From NCBI GenBank assembly GCA_002382495.1, contig DFXW01000041.1, positions 158,943 to 222,942 of the forward strand: a stretch of 64,000 nt of DNA, written 5' to 3'. Numbering within the stretch: the first letter of the stretch is position 1; each line of letters begins with the position of its first letter. Below the pieces are notes generated by a model. The model ran no database searches and was not told the origin of the DNA. It worked only from the letters and a program-made list of their open reading frames with translations. The DNA is from Flavobacterium sp. UBA4098 (GTDB taxonomy: Bacteria; Bacteroidota; Bacteroidia; Flavobacteriales; Flavobacteriaceae). Positions 10,422 through 20,710 of the stretch are shown in pieces. The position numbers were made by a program, and so were the translations under genes.

Positions 10422-11657
10422 TTATGCGTCTAATTCTCCGGCAATAACATTTAAACTTGATAAAATGACAATCGCATCCGAAAGCATCGCGCCTTTTATC
10501 ATTTCTGGATAGGCTTGGTAATAGATAAAACAAGGTCTGCGGAAATGCAATCTGTAAGGCGTACGGCTTCCGTCAGTAACTAAATAGAATCCAACTTCTC
10601 CGTTTCCACCTTCCACAGGATGGTAAATTTCAGCTACTGGAACCGGAACTTCACCCATTACAATTTTGAAGTGGTAAATCAAAGACTCCATATTATGGTA
10701 AACGTCTTCTTTTGGAGGCAAGTAGTATTCCGGAACATCAGCATGGTAAGGTCCTTCAGGTAATTTTGCTAAAGCCTGACGAATGATACTGATACTTTCC
10801 CAAACTTCAGCATTACGAACGCAAAAACGATCGTAGGTGTCTCCTGATTTTCCAACAGGAACGATAAAGTCAAAATCTTCGTAAGAACTGTACGGTTGTG
10901 CTACACGTACATCGTAATCTACTCCTGCAGCACGTAAGTTAGGTCCTGTAAATCCATAAGCCATAGCTTGTTCTGCTGTAATCGCACCTACATTTACGGT
11001 TCTGTCAATAAAGATTCTGTTTCTTTCAAATAGGTTTTCAAATTCTTTCCAGGCTACCGGAAATTCTTCCAAAAACACTTCTAATTTGCGGAAAGCTTCT
11101 GGCGACCAGTCTCTTTCGAAACCACCTATTCTTCCCATATTGGTTGTTAAACGGGCTCCACAAATTTCTTCGTAGATTTCGTATACCTTTTCTCTAAATT
11201 GGAACACATATAAAAATCCGGTATACGCTCCTGTATCCACTCCTAGAATAGAATTGCAAATCAAGTGATCGGTAATTCGAGCCAATTCCATTACGATAAC
11301 ACGTAAATATTGCGCTCTTTTTGGCACTTCAATATCCAATAGTTTTTCTAAAGTCATCCACCATCCCATATTGTTAATAGGAGAGGAGCAATAGTTCATT
11401 CTATCGGTAAGTGGTGTAATTTGGTAAAACGGGCGATTTTCAGCTATTTTTTCAAAAGCTCTATGGATGTAACCAATGGTTGGTTCTGCTTCCAAGATTC
11501 TTTCTCCGTCCATCAACAAGATATTTTGAAAAATACCGTGTGTTGCTGGGTGAGTAGGCCCCAAGTTCAGAATAGAAAGCTCGCTTCCGTCTTCATTATG
11601 GCGCTCTTTGATTATTTTAGCATAGCGATGCTCTGGTGGTAATAATAGTTCTGACAT
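10422..11657 (-). CDS. nuoD: NADH-quinone oxidoreductase subunit D
   Basis: LNLGPTHPATHG, IGYIHRAFEK and C-terminal GELDA. Confidence 0.96.
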   Translation of the reverse strand: MSELLLPPEHRYAKIIKERHNEDGSELSILNLGPTHPATHGIFQNILLMDGERILEAEPTIGYIHRAFEKIAENRPFYQITPLTDRMNYCSSPINNMGWWMTLEKLLDIEVPKRAQYLRVIVMELARITDHLICNSILGVDTGAYTGFLYVFQFREKVYEIYEEICGARLTTNMGRIGGFERDWSPEAFRKLEVFLEEFPVAWKEFENLFERNRIFIDRTVNVGAITAEQAMAYGFTGPNLRAAGVDYDVRVAQPYSSYEDFDFIVPVGKSGDTYDRFCVRNAEVWESISIIRQALAKLPEGPYHADVPEYYLPPKEDVYHNMESLIYHFKIVMGEVPVPVAEIYHPVEGGNGEVGFYLVTDGSRTPYRLHFRRPCFIYYQAYPEMIKGAMLSDAIVILSSLNVIAGELDA

Positions 11658-11689
11658 TTAGTGAATGTGAAAAATTATATATTGTTTTG

Positions 11690-12211
11690 TTAGCAATTTG
11701 CTGTTGTTCTTCCGAAGAAACGATCATCTTTATCCGTTCTTCCGCTGTCTTCCATTGGGAATTCTTTTCGCATTGGAAAAGAAACCATTTCGTCCATATT
11801 TAAAATACGTTTCAATTGAGGGTGTCCAATGAAATTGATGCCGTAAAAATCGTAGGCTTCTCTTTCCATCCAATTAGAACTTAAGAAGATATTTGATACG
11901 GTTTTGATTTCAGGATTGTTTCCGCTTAGAAACGCTTTGATTTTAATTCGTTTGTTTTCGTACCAATTGTGCATATGGTATACCACTGCAAATTGTCTTG
12001 CTTCTTCATTATCTGGATAATGAATCCCACATAAATCTGTCAAAAAGTGAAAACGTAAAACAGGATCGTTTTTTAAGAAAAGGATAACGGCTGTGATTTT
12101 GTCAGCGGCTACTTCAAATGAAAAAATATCTTTTTCTTGATTGAATTGAAAAACATCGGAACCAAAAGTGGCTACTAATTTTTCTTGTATTTCGTTTGTT
12201 TCTAAAGCCAT
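11690..12211 (-). CDS. nuoC: NADH-quinone oxidoreductase subunit C
   Basis: WMEREAYDFYGINFIGHP and PMRKEFP motifs. Confidence 0.95.
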   Translation of the reverse strand: MALETNEIQEKLVATFGSDVFQFNQEKDIFSFEVAADKITAVILFLKNDPVLRFHFLTDLCGIHYPDNEEARQFAVVYHMHNWYENKRIKIKAFLSGNNPEIKTVSNIFLSSNWMEREAYDFYGINFIGHPQLKRILNMDEMVSFPMRKEFPMEDSGRTDKDDRFFGRTTANC

Positions 12212-12215
12212 CGTG

Positions 12216-12764
12216 TTATTTGATATTATAAGAAGCTAATAATTCTTGGTACTCTGGAGAACTTCTTCTTCTAACCGATTCGTTTTTAACGATTTCTTGC
12301 AATTTCATAACACCGTCCACAATTTGTTCTGGTCTTGGAGGACAACCCGGAACATAAACGTCTACTGGAATTACTTTGTCAATTCCTTGTAAAACAGAGT
12401 AAGTGTCAAAAATACCTCCTGAAGAAGCACAAGCGCCAACGGCGATTACCCAACGAGGTTCTGACATTTGTTCGTATACCTGACGTAAAATAGGCGCCAT
12501 TTTTTTAGAAATAGTACCCATAACCATCAACATATCGGCTTGACGTGGAGAAAAACTCACACGCTCAGAACCAAAACGAGCTAGGTCATAGTGCGAAGCC
12601 ATAGTGGCCATAAATTCAATTCCGCAACAAGAAGTTGCGAAAGGTAAAGGCCAAAGTGAATTGGCACGAGCCAAACCTACTACATCATTAAGCTTTGTAG
12701 CGAAGAAACCTTCTCCTACAACTCCTTCCGGCGGTGCTACCATTGTTGTTTTTGAATCACTCAT
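12216..12764 (-). CDS. nuoB: NADH-quinone oxidoreductase subunit B
   Basis: SCCGIE, SPRQAD, GACASSGG and VDVYVPGCPPRPE motifs. Confidence 0.97.
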   Translation of the reverse strand: MSDSKTTMVAPPEGVVGEGFFATKLNDVVGLARANSLWPLPFATSCCGIEFMATMASHYDLARFGSERVSFSPRQADMLMVMGTISKKMAPILRQVYEQMSEPRWVIAVGACASSGGIFDTYSVLQGIDKVIPVDVYVPGCPPRPEQIVDGVMKLQEIVKNESVRRRSSPEYQELLASYNIK

Positions 12765-12804
12765 TTCGAATTCGTATTTTTTTGAATTGATACTTTTAAA
12801 TTAA

Positions 12805-13170
12805 TTATTCCCAGTCTAGTGCTTTTTTCTTGATGATGTAGAAGAATCCTACTAACAACAAAAGCATGAAAACGACCATTTTAATCATCCCTTCTATTCC
12901 TAATTCTTTGAAGTTGATTGCCCAAGGATATAAGAAAATAACTTCCACATCGAATAATACGAAAAGGATAGCTACGACAAAATATTTTACAGAGAAAGGA
13001 ATACGTGCATTTCCTACTGATTCAATACCACATTCAAAGTTTTTGTCTTTGGATTGAGAGGTTCTTTTTGGACCTAATTTTCCAGAAACAAATATGGTAC
13101 CTGCCACAAAACCAACTGCTAAAAGCAGCTGCATGAAAATTGGAATATAATTCAATTGTTCTGATTGCAT
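12805..13170 (-). CDS. nuoA: NADH-quinone oxidoreductase subunit A (start moved to MQSEQ)
   Basis: FECG, FVLFDVE and ALDWE motifs; the ORF-track start at 13218 lies upstream of the promoter -7 box, so ATG 13170 is preferred. Confidence 0.93.
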   Translation of the reverse strand: MQSEQLNYIPIFMQLLLAVGFVAGTIFVSGKLGPKRTSQSKDKNFECGIESVGNARIPFSVKYFVVAILFVLFDVEVIFLYPWAINFKELGIEGMIKMVVFMLLLLVGFFYIIKKKALDWE

Positions 13171-13202
13171 AATTATTTGGATTTTTTGTTGAATTTTAGC
13201 CA

Positions 13203-13233
13203 CAAAGATAACTTTCAACTAATTAAAACACAA
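13203..13233 (-). promoter_or_regulatory. Bacteroidota sigma-A promoter of the nuo operon
   Basis: TATCTTTG (-7 consensus TAnnTTTG) at 13210-13203, with TTG 20 nt upstream. Confidence 0.7.
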
Positions 13234-13346
13234 GCGGAAATCCGAATTTAATCGTACTAAAAATCTAAAAAATAGCTTATTTTTATTGATTATAAATAAA
13301 GAGGTAGTTGATGCTTGTGTTTAAGGAGTTTAAAAAAACAGTAAAC

Positions 13347-13378
13347 AAAAAAACGCCCCGATATTTATCGGGGCGTTT
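13347..13378 (-). terminator. Intrinsic terminator after the cold-shock gene
   Basis: AAACGCCCCGATA/TATCGGGGCGTTT stem plus U-tract on the - strand. Confidence 0.85.
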
Positions 13379-13414
13379 AGACCATTCTCAGGCTAAAAAA
13401 ATATTTTTTTCAGC

Positions 13415-13609
13415 TTAGATAACAGCTACTTGTGCAGCTACTTTTCCTTTTCTTCCTTCTTCTTCTACGTAGCTCACTCTGTCACCTTCGCGTAATTCTT
13501 CCGCTGTGATTCCTGATGCATGAACGAAGATGTCTTTTCCTGTTTCTTCGTCCGTAATGAATCCATAACCTTTTGATTCATTAAAAAATTTAACTGTACC
13601 TGTACGCAT
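13415..13609 (-). CDS. Cold-shock protein (CspA family)
   Basis: GTVKFFNESKGYGFI (RNP1) and DIFVH (RNP2); TACATTTG promoter box at 13646-13639. Confidence 0.95.
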   Translation of the reverse strand: MRTGTVKFFNESKGYGFITDEETGKDIFVHASGITAEELREGDRVSYVEEEGRKGKVAAQVAVI

Positions 13610-13734
13610 TGTAATAGTAATAATAATTTATAATAGAACAAATGTAGTATTAAATATAATACGAAAAACGTTTTTGATTTTTATTTTGCAAAAATATTGA
13701 TTTTCAACGTTTTCTGACTAAATTATCAGTTCAA

Positions 13735-15489
13735 CTACGCTTGAATATTCAATTGAATGTGTAATTCTTTCAATTGTGCGTCATCAATAGTTGAAGGTGC
13801 GTCAATCATCACATCGCGTCCCGAATTGTTTTTTGGGAAAGCAATAAAATCACGAATGGTTTCTTGCCCACCTAAAATTGCAACTAAACGGTCCAATCCA
13901 AAGGCTAATCCACCGTGAGGTGGTGCGCCAAATTGAAAAGCATCCATCAAGAATCCAAATTGAGCTTTAGCTTCTTCAGGGGTAAAACCTAAATATTTAA
14001 ACATCAGTTCTTGCGTGGTTTTATCGTGAATACGAATCGAACCTCCGCCAATTTCATTTCCGTTCAATACCATATCATAGGCATTGGCACGCACTTTTCC
14101 TGGATCAGTTGCTAATAAGTCCATATCTTCTGGTTTAGGAGAAGTAAATGGATGGTGCATCGCATGGTAACGACCACTTTCTTCATCTAATTCTAATAAA
14201 GGAAAATCAACCACCCATAATGGTGCAAATTCGTCTGGTTTTCTCAAACCTAAACGAGATGCTAATTCCATTCGTAAAGCTGATAATTGGCCTCTGGTTT
14301 TGTTTGCAGGTCCTGATAATACAAAAATCATATCGCCAGCTTGTGCTTGTGTAGCTTTGGCCCATTGAGCCAAATCATCTTGATCGTAAAATTTATCTAC
14401 GGATGATTTGTAGGTGCCATCGTCGTTGCATTTTACATAGACCATTCCTAAAGCGCCTATTTGAGGGCGTTTTACCCAATCAATCAAAGCATCAATTTCT
14501 TTTCGAGTGTAGTTTCCAGCGCCTGGAACTGCAATTCCTACTACTAATTCAGCGGCATTAAAAACGGGGAAATCCTTATGTTGTGCTACGGCATTCAGTT
14601 CGCCAAATTCCATTCCGAAACGAATGTCTGGCTTGTCATTTCCGTAGGTTTTCATGGCATAATCGTAGGTAATTCTTGGGAATTTAGCTACTTCAACACC
14701 TTTTATTTCTTTTAATAAATGACGGGTTAGTCCTTCAAAAACATTCAAAATATCTTCTTGCTCTACAAAGGCCATTTCGCAGTCAATTTGAGTAAACTCG
14801 GGTTGTCTGTCGGCACGTAAATCTTCGTCACGGAAACATTTTACAATTTGAAAATACTTGTCCATACCACCTACCATCAACAATTGTTTGAAAGTTTGAG
14901 GCGATTGGGGTAAAGCATAAAATTGTCCTTCATTCATTCGCGAAGGCACTACAAAATCACGTGCTCCTTCCGGAGTAGATTTGATTAAATAAGGAGTTTC
15001 TACTTCACAAAAATCCAAATCAGAAAGGTATTTACGTACTTCCATTGCCACTTTGTGACGGAAAAGCAAACTGTTTTTTACTGGATTTCTTCGAATGTCA
15101 AGGTAACGGTATTTCATTCGGATGTCTTCACCACCGTCTGTTTCATCTTCAATAGTGAAAGGAGGAGTCAAGGCCGCATTTAAAATGGTCATTTCTGAAA
15201 CTAAAATCTCAATTTCTCCGGTTGGGATTGTTGTATTTTTTGATTCACGCTCAATAACAGTTCCTTTGACTTGGATTACAAATTCGCGTCCAAGGGTTTT
15301 AGCCAATTCAAAAACAGTTTTTTCGGTACGACTTTCGTCAAAAATCAATTGGGTTATTCCATAACGGTCGCGTAAATCGACCCAATTCATAAATCCTTTA
15401 TCGCGCGATTTTTGCACCCAACCCGCTAATGTTACTTCTGTATTGATATGTGAGGCGTTCAATTCGCCACAGTTATGACTTCTGTACAT
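13735..15489 (-). CDS. aspS: Aspartate--tRNA ligase
   Basis: MYRSHNCG start; [27 protein letters not shown] and [12 protein letters not shown] motifs; TAAATTTG box at 15515-15508. Confidence 0.97.
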   Translation of the reverse strand: MYRSHNCGELNASHINTEVTLAGWVQKSRDKGFMNWVDLRDRYGITQLIFDESRTEKTVFELAKTLGREFVIQVKGTVIERESKNTTIPTGEIEILVSEMTILNAALTPPFTIEDETDGGEDIRMKYRYLDIRRNPVKNSLLFRHKVAMEVRKYLSDLDFCEVETPYLIKSTPEGARDFVVPSRMNEGQFYALPQSPQTFKQLLMVGGMDKYFQIVKCFRDEDLRADRQPEFTQIDCEMAFVEQEDILNVFEGLTRHLLKEIKGVEVAKFPRITYDYAMKTYGNDKPDIRFGMEFGELNAVAQHKDFPVFNAAELVVGIAVPGAGNYTRKEIDALIDWVKRPQIGALGMVYVKCNDDGTYKSSVDKFYDQDDLAQWAKATQAQAGDMIFVLSGPANKTRGQLSALRMELASRLGLRKPDEFAPLWVVDFPLLELDEESGRYHAMHHPFTSPKPEDMDLLATDPGKVRANAYDMVLNGNEIGGGSIRIHDKTTQELMFKYLGFTPEEAKAQFGFLMDAFQFGAPPHGGLAFGLDRLVAILGGQETIRDFIAFPKNNSGRDVMIDAPSTIDDAQLKELHIQLNIQA

Positions 15490-15555
15490 GATTAAAAATA
15501 TTTGATGCAAATTTAGGACTAATTATGAATAAATGCAGGATAAAATTATAAGAAT

Positions 15556-15586
15556 AAAAAAACCTGCAAATTTTAGTTTGCAGGTT
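15556..15586 (-). terminator. Intrinsic terminator after the RND operon
   Basis: AACCTGCAAA/TTTGCAGGTT stem plus U-tract on the - strand. Confidence 0.75.
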
Positions 15587-15613
15587 CTTTATTCACTCTA
15601 TTTAAAACATTTA

Positions 15614-18600
15614 TTATTCCGCTAAAGCCTCTTGATTTCTTTTATTGCGTCGGTCACGCAACCAGTATTTAGTTCGTTTTACCAAATAAAACATTACTGG
15701 AACCATTACTAAAGTCAGTACTGTAGCATAGGTCAATCCGAAGATAATGGTCCAAGCCAAAGGCCCCCAGAACATCACATTATCTCCACCCATAAAGAAA
15801 TGTGGGTTGAAATCAGTTACCAAAGTAAAGAAGTCAAAGTTCAATCCGATCGCCAATGGAATTAATCCCAAGATTGCGGTTAAAGCGGTTAATAATACCG
15901 GACGCAATCTTGATTTTCCAGATTCAATAATTACTTCTTTAATTTCTTCCAAGCTTAAATCGTCGTGACTTTCTAATTTTTTATCGGCTACTTTTTTGTC
16001 CAATAATAAGACAAAGAAGTCCATTAACACGATTCCGTTTTTCACCACAACTCCAGCTAGCGAAATGATTCCCATCATGGTCATTAAGATTACAAAATCC
16101 ATATTGGCAATTACGTAACCATAAAATACACCACTAAAACTCAACAATACGGTAAACATGATAATCATGGTTTTTGATACAGAGTTAAACTGCAATACAA
16201 TAATGATGGTAATTCCAGCCAAAGCCAAAAATAACGCGTACATCAAGAAACTTTGGTTTTTACCTTGTTCTTCTTGAACTCCTGAGAAGGAATAACTTAC
16301 ACTTTTTGGAAGATTATAACTGTTAAGTTCTTCTTTGATTTGTTTCGTTATTTCATCGCCGTTATAACCGGTCAACACATTCGAATAAATAGTCATGATT
16401 CGTTTGTGATTTTTTCTCTTGATCTGATTGTACGTATTGGTTTTTTCCGTTTGTGAAACAGCCGAAATAGGCACTTGCATGATTTGACCATTACTTGGGT
16501 TTCTGAACGTCATCGATTGGTTGAAAAGGATGTTTTCATTTTTACGTTGGTCGTCTTGCATTCGCATGACAATATTATAATCATCATCGCCTTCTTTGTA
16601 AGTCGATATTTCTTGTCCGTAAACTGAACGACGAAGGTTAAACCCAAGTTGTCCAGTAGAAATTCCCATACTTCCGGCATTGGCACGATCTACTTTTACT
16701 TCTAATTCTGGACTTTCTTTATTGATATCGATACTTAATTTTTCGATACCCGGAATGTTTTTAGAATCAATAAAAGCAATCATTTTGTCGGCTTCAGTCA
16801 ACATTTGTTCGTAATCAGCACCTGTTAATTGAATACTAATTGGATACCCTGCAGGCGGTCCGTTTGAATCTTTTTCTACAGTTACGGTAGCACCAGCAAT
16901 TCCGGTAACTTTACTTCTGATTTCTTCTAAAATATCAGATGTATTTATACCTTTTCTAAATTTGAATTCAGAGAAGCTCACAGTCACTTTACCTTTATAA
17001 GGTGTTTCAGAAGCTGATCCAGCGTCTACATTTGGATTACCAGCACCCACACCCACTTGCGAAATAATCGATTCCGCCATGAAATTTTTGTCGGTTGCAG
17101 GGTCAACATATTTTTCTAAAATTTGAATAATTTGCTTCTCTACAAATAGTGTTGCTTTATTCGTTTTTTCGATCGAAGTTCCTTGTGGATATTCGATATA
17201 AGCAATGGCTTGATTTGGAATATTATCCGGGAAGAACAATACTTTTCTTGGGAAAATTCCTAAAAGAATAAATGAAAAGAAAAGCAAAACAATAATTCCG
17301 CCAAAGGCTTTCCAAGCCGTTTTCCCAGACAAAACTTTGGCTAAAAAGATTTTGTATTTTTCTTCCATTCTTGGGAAGAAACTGTACTGAAAATCTTGTG
17401 TCCATTGGAATACTTTCCAATAGTACAACCACATTAATCCAACTGAAATAAATAATAAATGGCCTAAGCCTCTTAATAATTTGCTATCGTACATATTTCC
17501 AGGCACGGCAAATAAAACACCTAAAGCAATGAATAGAATAGAATAAAAACGCAAGCTTTTTTTCTTAATGTTTTTATCTTCTAAAGCCATAGAACCTCCA
17601 GTCATAGCAGCGTTGATTACCATCGCTACAAATAAAGATCCGGTTAAAGTTACCGTCAAGGTGATTGGGAAATATTTCATGAATTTACCCATAGTTCCTG
17701 GCCAAAGGGCAAAAGGTAAAAAGGCCATCAATGTAGTAGCTGTTGACGAAATTACCGGCCAAGCAATTTCTCCAATTCCCACTTTAGAAGCCTGAATTCG
17801 AGTCATACCTTTTTGCATATTGGCATACACATTATCCACTACCACAATACCGTCATCTACCAGCATTCCTAATCCCATTACCAAACCAAAAAGCACCATA
17901 GTGTTTAGGGTTAACCCAAACATAGAGAGAATGGCAAAGGCAATCATCATAGACAATGGAATGGCAGCGCCTACAAATAATGAGTTACGCAATCCCATGG
18001 TAAACATTAACACAATCATTACCAGAATGATTCCGAAAATGATGTGGTTTGATAACTCATCTACTTGGTGTTCTACACGAGACGATTGATCACTTGTTAA
18101 TTCTACTTTTAAGTTTTTAGGCAAATAAGTTTCTTGTGCTAAAGCAACTCTTTCTTTTACTTGATCAATAGCCGAAATCATGTTTTGATTGGAACGTTTT
18201 TTAACGTTCAACATCACTACTTCAGTTCCTTTTTCACGAGCATAAGTTGTTTTTTCTTTTTCTTTAAAACTTACTGTCGCAATGTTTTTAAGATAAACAG
18301 TTCCGCCAAACGATTTTACAATGATGTTTTCTAACTCTTTCGGGTCTTTAAATTCACCTACAATTCGAATGTTATTACGAGATCCTTGTGAAGTTAAATT
18401 TCCTCCAGAAAGGGTCATGTTTTCGTATTTCACTGCATTTTGAATGTCGTCAAAAGTAACTTGAGCCGCTGTCATTTTGAAAATGTCTACTGCGATTTCA
18501 ACCTCTTTATCATCGACACCCAGAATGTCTACTTTTTTGATTTCCGAAATTTCTTCGATATCATCTTGTAGTAATTCCCCATATTTTTTTAACTGTTGGG

Positions 18601-19087
18601 TAGTATAATTTCCCTGTAAGTTGATGTTCAAAATAGGCACTTCCTCAGAAATGTTTAATTCAAACACATTAGGCTCCACCTTGCTACCATTGTCCATATT
18701 TGGCCAATCGGTATCTGCTTTGGCATTATCCACTTTGTCTTTGATCTTTTGTTTGGCTTGTTCCACCGAAACATCATCTGAAAACTCAGCTATTATCATT
18801 CCGTAATCTTGAAACGAACTGGATGTTACTTTATCAACTCCACTGATATTTTTAATTTGTTTTTCAAGCGGTTTGATAACTAATTTTTCTACATCTTCAG
18901 CTGAGTTTCCTGGGAATACAGAGGAGATATAAATTTTGTTCTCGATGATTTCTGGAAAATCTTCACGAGGCATATTGATGTATGCAGTTAAACCTGCAAT
19001 GACAATAATAAAGGTCAGGATATACACCGTGACACGATTGTCAACTGCCCAACTTGAAATGCCGAATTCTTTATTTTGATGACTCAT
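15614..19087 (-). CDS. RND efflux transporter permease (AcrB/MdtB-like)
   Basis: 1157 aa; GMLVDDGIVVVDN, GVVVKNGI and RLRPVLLTALT motifs. Confidence 0.93.
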   Translation of the reverse strand: MSHQNKEFGISSWAVDNRVTVYILTFIIVIAGLTAYINMPREDFPEIIENKIYISSVFPGNSAEDVEKLVIKPLEKQIKNISGVDKVTSSSFQDYGMIIAEFSDDVSVEQAKQKIKDKVDNAKADTDWPNMDNGSKVEPNVFELNISEEVPILNINLQGNYTTQQLKKYGELLQDDIEEISEIKKVDILGVDDKEVEIAVDIFKMTAAQVTFDDIQNAVKYENMTLSGGNLTSQGSRNNIRIVGEFKDPKELENIIVKSFGGTVYLKNIATVSFKEKEKTTYAREKGTEVVMLNVKKRSNQNMISAIDQVKERVALAQETYLPKNLKVELTSDQSSRVEHQVDELSNHIIFGIILVMIVLMFTMGLRNSLFVGAAIPLSMMIAFAILSMFGLTLNTMVLFGLVMGLGMLVDDGIVVVDNVYANMQKGMTRIQASKVGIGEIAWPVISSTATTLMAFLPFALWPGTMGKFMKYFPITLTVTLTGSLFVAMVINAAMTGGSMALEDKNIKKKSLRFYSILFIALGVLFAVPGNMYDSKLLRGLGHLLFISVGLMWLYYWKVFQWTQDFQYSFFPRMEEKYKIFLAKVLSGKTAWKAFGGIIVLLFFSFILLGIFPRKVLFFPDNIPNQAIAYIEYPQGTSIEKTNKATLFVEKQIIQILEKYVDPATDKNFMAESIISQVGVGAGNPNVDAGSASETPYKGKVTVSFSEFKFRKGINTSDILEEIRSKVTGIAGATVTVEKDSNGPPAGYPISIQLTGADYEQMLTEADKMIAFIDSKNIPGIEKLSIDINKESPELEVKVDRANAGSMGISTGQLGFNLRRSVYGQEISTYKEGDDDYNIVMRMQDDQRKNENILFNQSMTFRNPSNGQIMQVPISAVSQTEKTNTYNQIKRKNHKRIMTIYSNVLTGYNGDEITKQIKEELNSYNLPKSVSYSFSGVQEEQGKNQSFLMYALFLALAGITIIIVLQFNSVSKTMIIMFTVLLSFSGVFYGYVIANMDFVILMTMMGIISLAGVVVKNGIVLMDFFVLLLDKKVADKKLESHDDLSLEEIKEVIIESGKSRLRPVLLTALTAILGLIPLAIGLNFDFFTLVTDFNPHFFMGGDNVMFWGPLAWTIIFGLTYATVLTLVMVPVMFYLVKRTKYWLRDRRNKRNQEALAE

Positions 19088-19131
19088 AATTTAGGGTATT
19101 AGGTTATTTGTTTATAAAGTTTATAAGCAAA

Positions 19132-19494
19132 TTATTTAGGTAATTGTGATTTATATAATCCATTAATTAACACAGTAACCTCGGTTATTTTTTTTCTAAT
19201 TTCAATATATTTTTGTTCTTCAAAGTATTCAAAATCAAATGACAAAATCAATTGGTTCAACAATTCTAAAGCAGATCCAAATGCAATTTCAGTAAATCTC
19301 GCTTTATCTTTCATAGAATTTCTGCCAGAGCCTTCAGCTAAATTTGAAGCTATAGAAACGGCACATCTTCTCATTTGACTAGTCAAACCAAAAAGTTCAT
19401 CTTTTGGGAAAAGCTTTGTAATTTTATAAATTTCAGAAGCTAATTCTCTTGCTTTTTGCCAAGCAATAAGTTTTTCAAAACTAAATGTTTTCAT
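19132..19494 (-). CDS. Four-helix-bundle protein (TIGR02436 / 23S rRNA-IVP family)
   Basis: FEKLIAWQKA, FPKDELFGLTSQMRRCAVSIASNLAEGSGR and IAFGSALE signature; likely start MKTF. Confidence 0.9.
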   Translation of the reverse strand: MKTFSFEKLIAWQKARELASEIYKITKLFPKDELFGLTSQMRRCAVSIASNLAEGSGRNSMKDKARFTEIAFGSALELLNQLILSFDFEYFEEQKYIEIRKKITEVTVLINGLYKSQLPK

Positions 19495-19534
19495 ATGGGG
19501 GCTTTTAAACATTTAAACAAATCAATTTTTTAAA

Positions 19535-20677
19535 CTAAAAATTCAATTTCATTCCTTCAGAAATAGTATTCACTCCTTCAATTACAATGATATCATTAGC
19601 ATTTAAACCGCTTAGGATTTCGGTTAGATTGTCAGATGATTTTCCTACAGTTACCATTGCTTTTTTAGCCGTTGCTGTTTTCCCATCGCTATTGGTTGCT
19701 ACAAATACAAATTGATTTCCTTTACCATCCTCTTGAATTACATTTGAAGGTACTACGATAGCATTTTTAACAGTGTAATCAATTACTTTTAATTTGGCTA
19801 CTTGGTTAGGACGTAATAAATTTTCTGGGTTTGGAATACTTACTTCAATCCCAAAACTTCTATTATTTGGATTGATGAAATTTCCAATCTGACGTACTTT
19901 CCCTTTGTAATTTTTATTCAATGAAGTCAAGAAAACATCAACTTGAGTTCCTACTTTCAACTTGCCAATATAACTTTCAGGAATCGAAGTGGAAACGTAC
20001 ATATTATTAAGGTTAACAATTCGCATTAAACCTTGCGGTCCTGCTGAAACAACTTGTCCTCTTTCTACAAAAACTTCGTCAATTGTACCAGAGAATGGCG
20101 CGCGAATTTCCGTTTTTGACAACATAGCTTTGGCTTGTGCTACGGAACGTTGTAAACTCAACATTTGAGTTTGCGCTTGTAAATACTGAATTTCAGATCC
20201 AATTTTTTGACTCCAAAGATTTTTTTGTCTTTCAAAAGTAGTTTTAGCCAATTGGTATTGTGTTTCTAAACTAGCAACTTGTTGGCTTGAGCCACCATCA
20301 TCTACACGAGCTAAAAGTTGCCCTTTGCTTACGCGTTGTCCTGCTTTCACATTAAGAGAAACTAGAGTTCCTGGCATTTCAGGTTGAATCAAGATGTTTT
20401 CTTTAGTGTTCACACTTCCTTGGATATCCAAATAATGATTGAACACAGTGTCTTTTAAAGTGGCAACCGAAACCAAAGCTTCTTCTTTTCTTACATTCAA
20501 AGTAGCTAAAGCAGCTTCAATCTTAGCTAAATCAGCTTGAATTAACGCTTTTCTTGCTTGTAATTCTTTATTGTTTTTAGCCGCAATCAATTGGTCAACC
20601 GTTTGATTGTCGTCTTTTTGTCCACATGAAACAACTAGTGTAGCTGCGATCAATAATGCGAATATTTGTTTTGTCAT
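19535..20677 (-). CDS. RND periplasmic adaptor (MFP) lipoprotein
   Basis: Lipobox LVVSC; lipoyl-like GQRVSKGQLL and IRAPFSG; lies between TolC and RND. Confidence 0.9.
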   Translation of the reverse strand: MTKQIFALLIAATLVVSCGQKDDNQTVDQLIAAKNNKELQARKALIQADLAKIEAALATLNVRKEEALVSVATLKDTVFNHYLDIQGSVNTKENILIQPEMPGTLVSLNVKAGQRVSKGQLLARVDDGGSSQQVASLETQYQLAKTTFERQKNLWSQKIGSEIQYLQAQTQMLSLQRSVAQAKAMLSKTEIRAPFSGTIDEVFVERGQVVSAGPQGLMRIVNLNNMYVSTSIPESYIGKLKVGTQVDVFLTSLNKNYKGKVRQIGNFINPNNRSFGIEVSIPNPENLLRPNQVAKLKVIDYTVKNAIVVPSNVIQEDGKGNQFVFVATNSDGKTATAKKAMVTVGKSSDNLTEILSGLNANDIIVIEGVNTISEGMKLNF

Positions 20678-20710
20678 GGGTGTTCTATTAAGTGTCATAA
20701 TATGTTGCTG

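Noticed and set aside
19132-19494. Four-helix bundle as the Avd of a diversity-generating retroelement acting on the lectin tips
   Set aside because: No reverse transcriptase, no TR/VR pair with adenine-specific mismatches seen, and the gene is far from the tip genes
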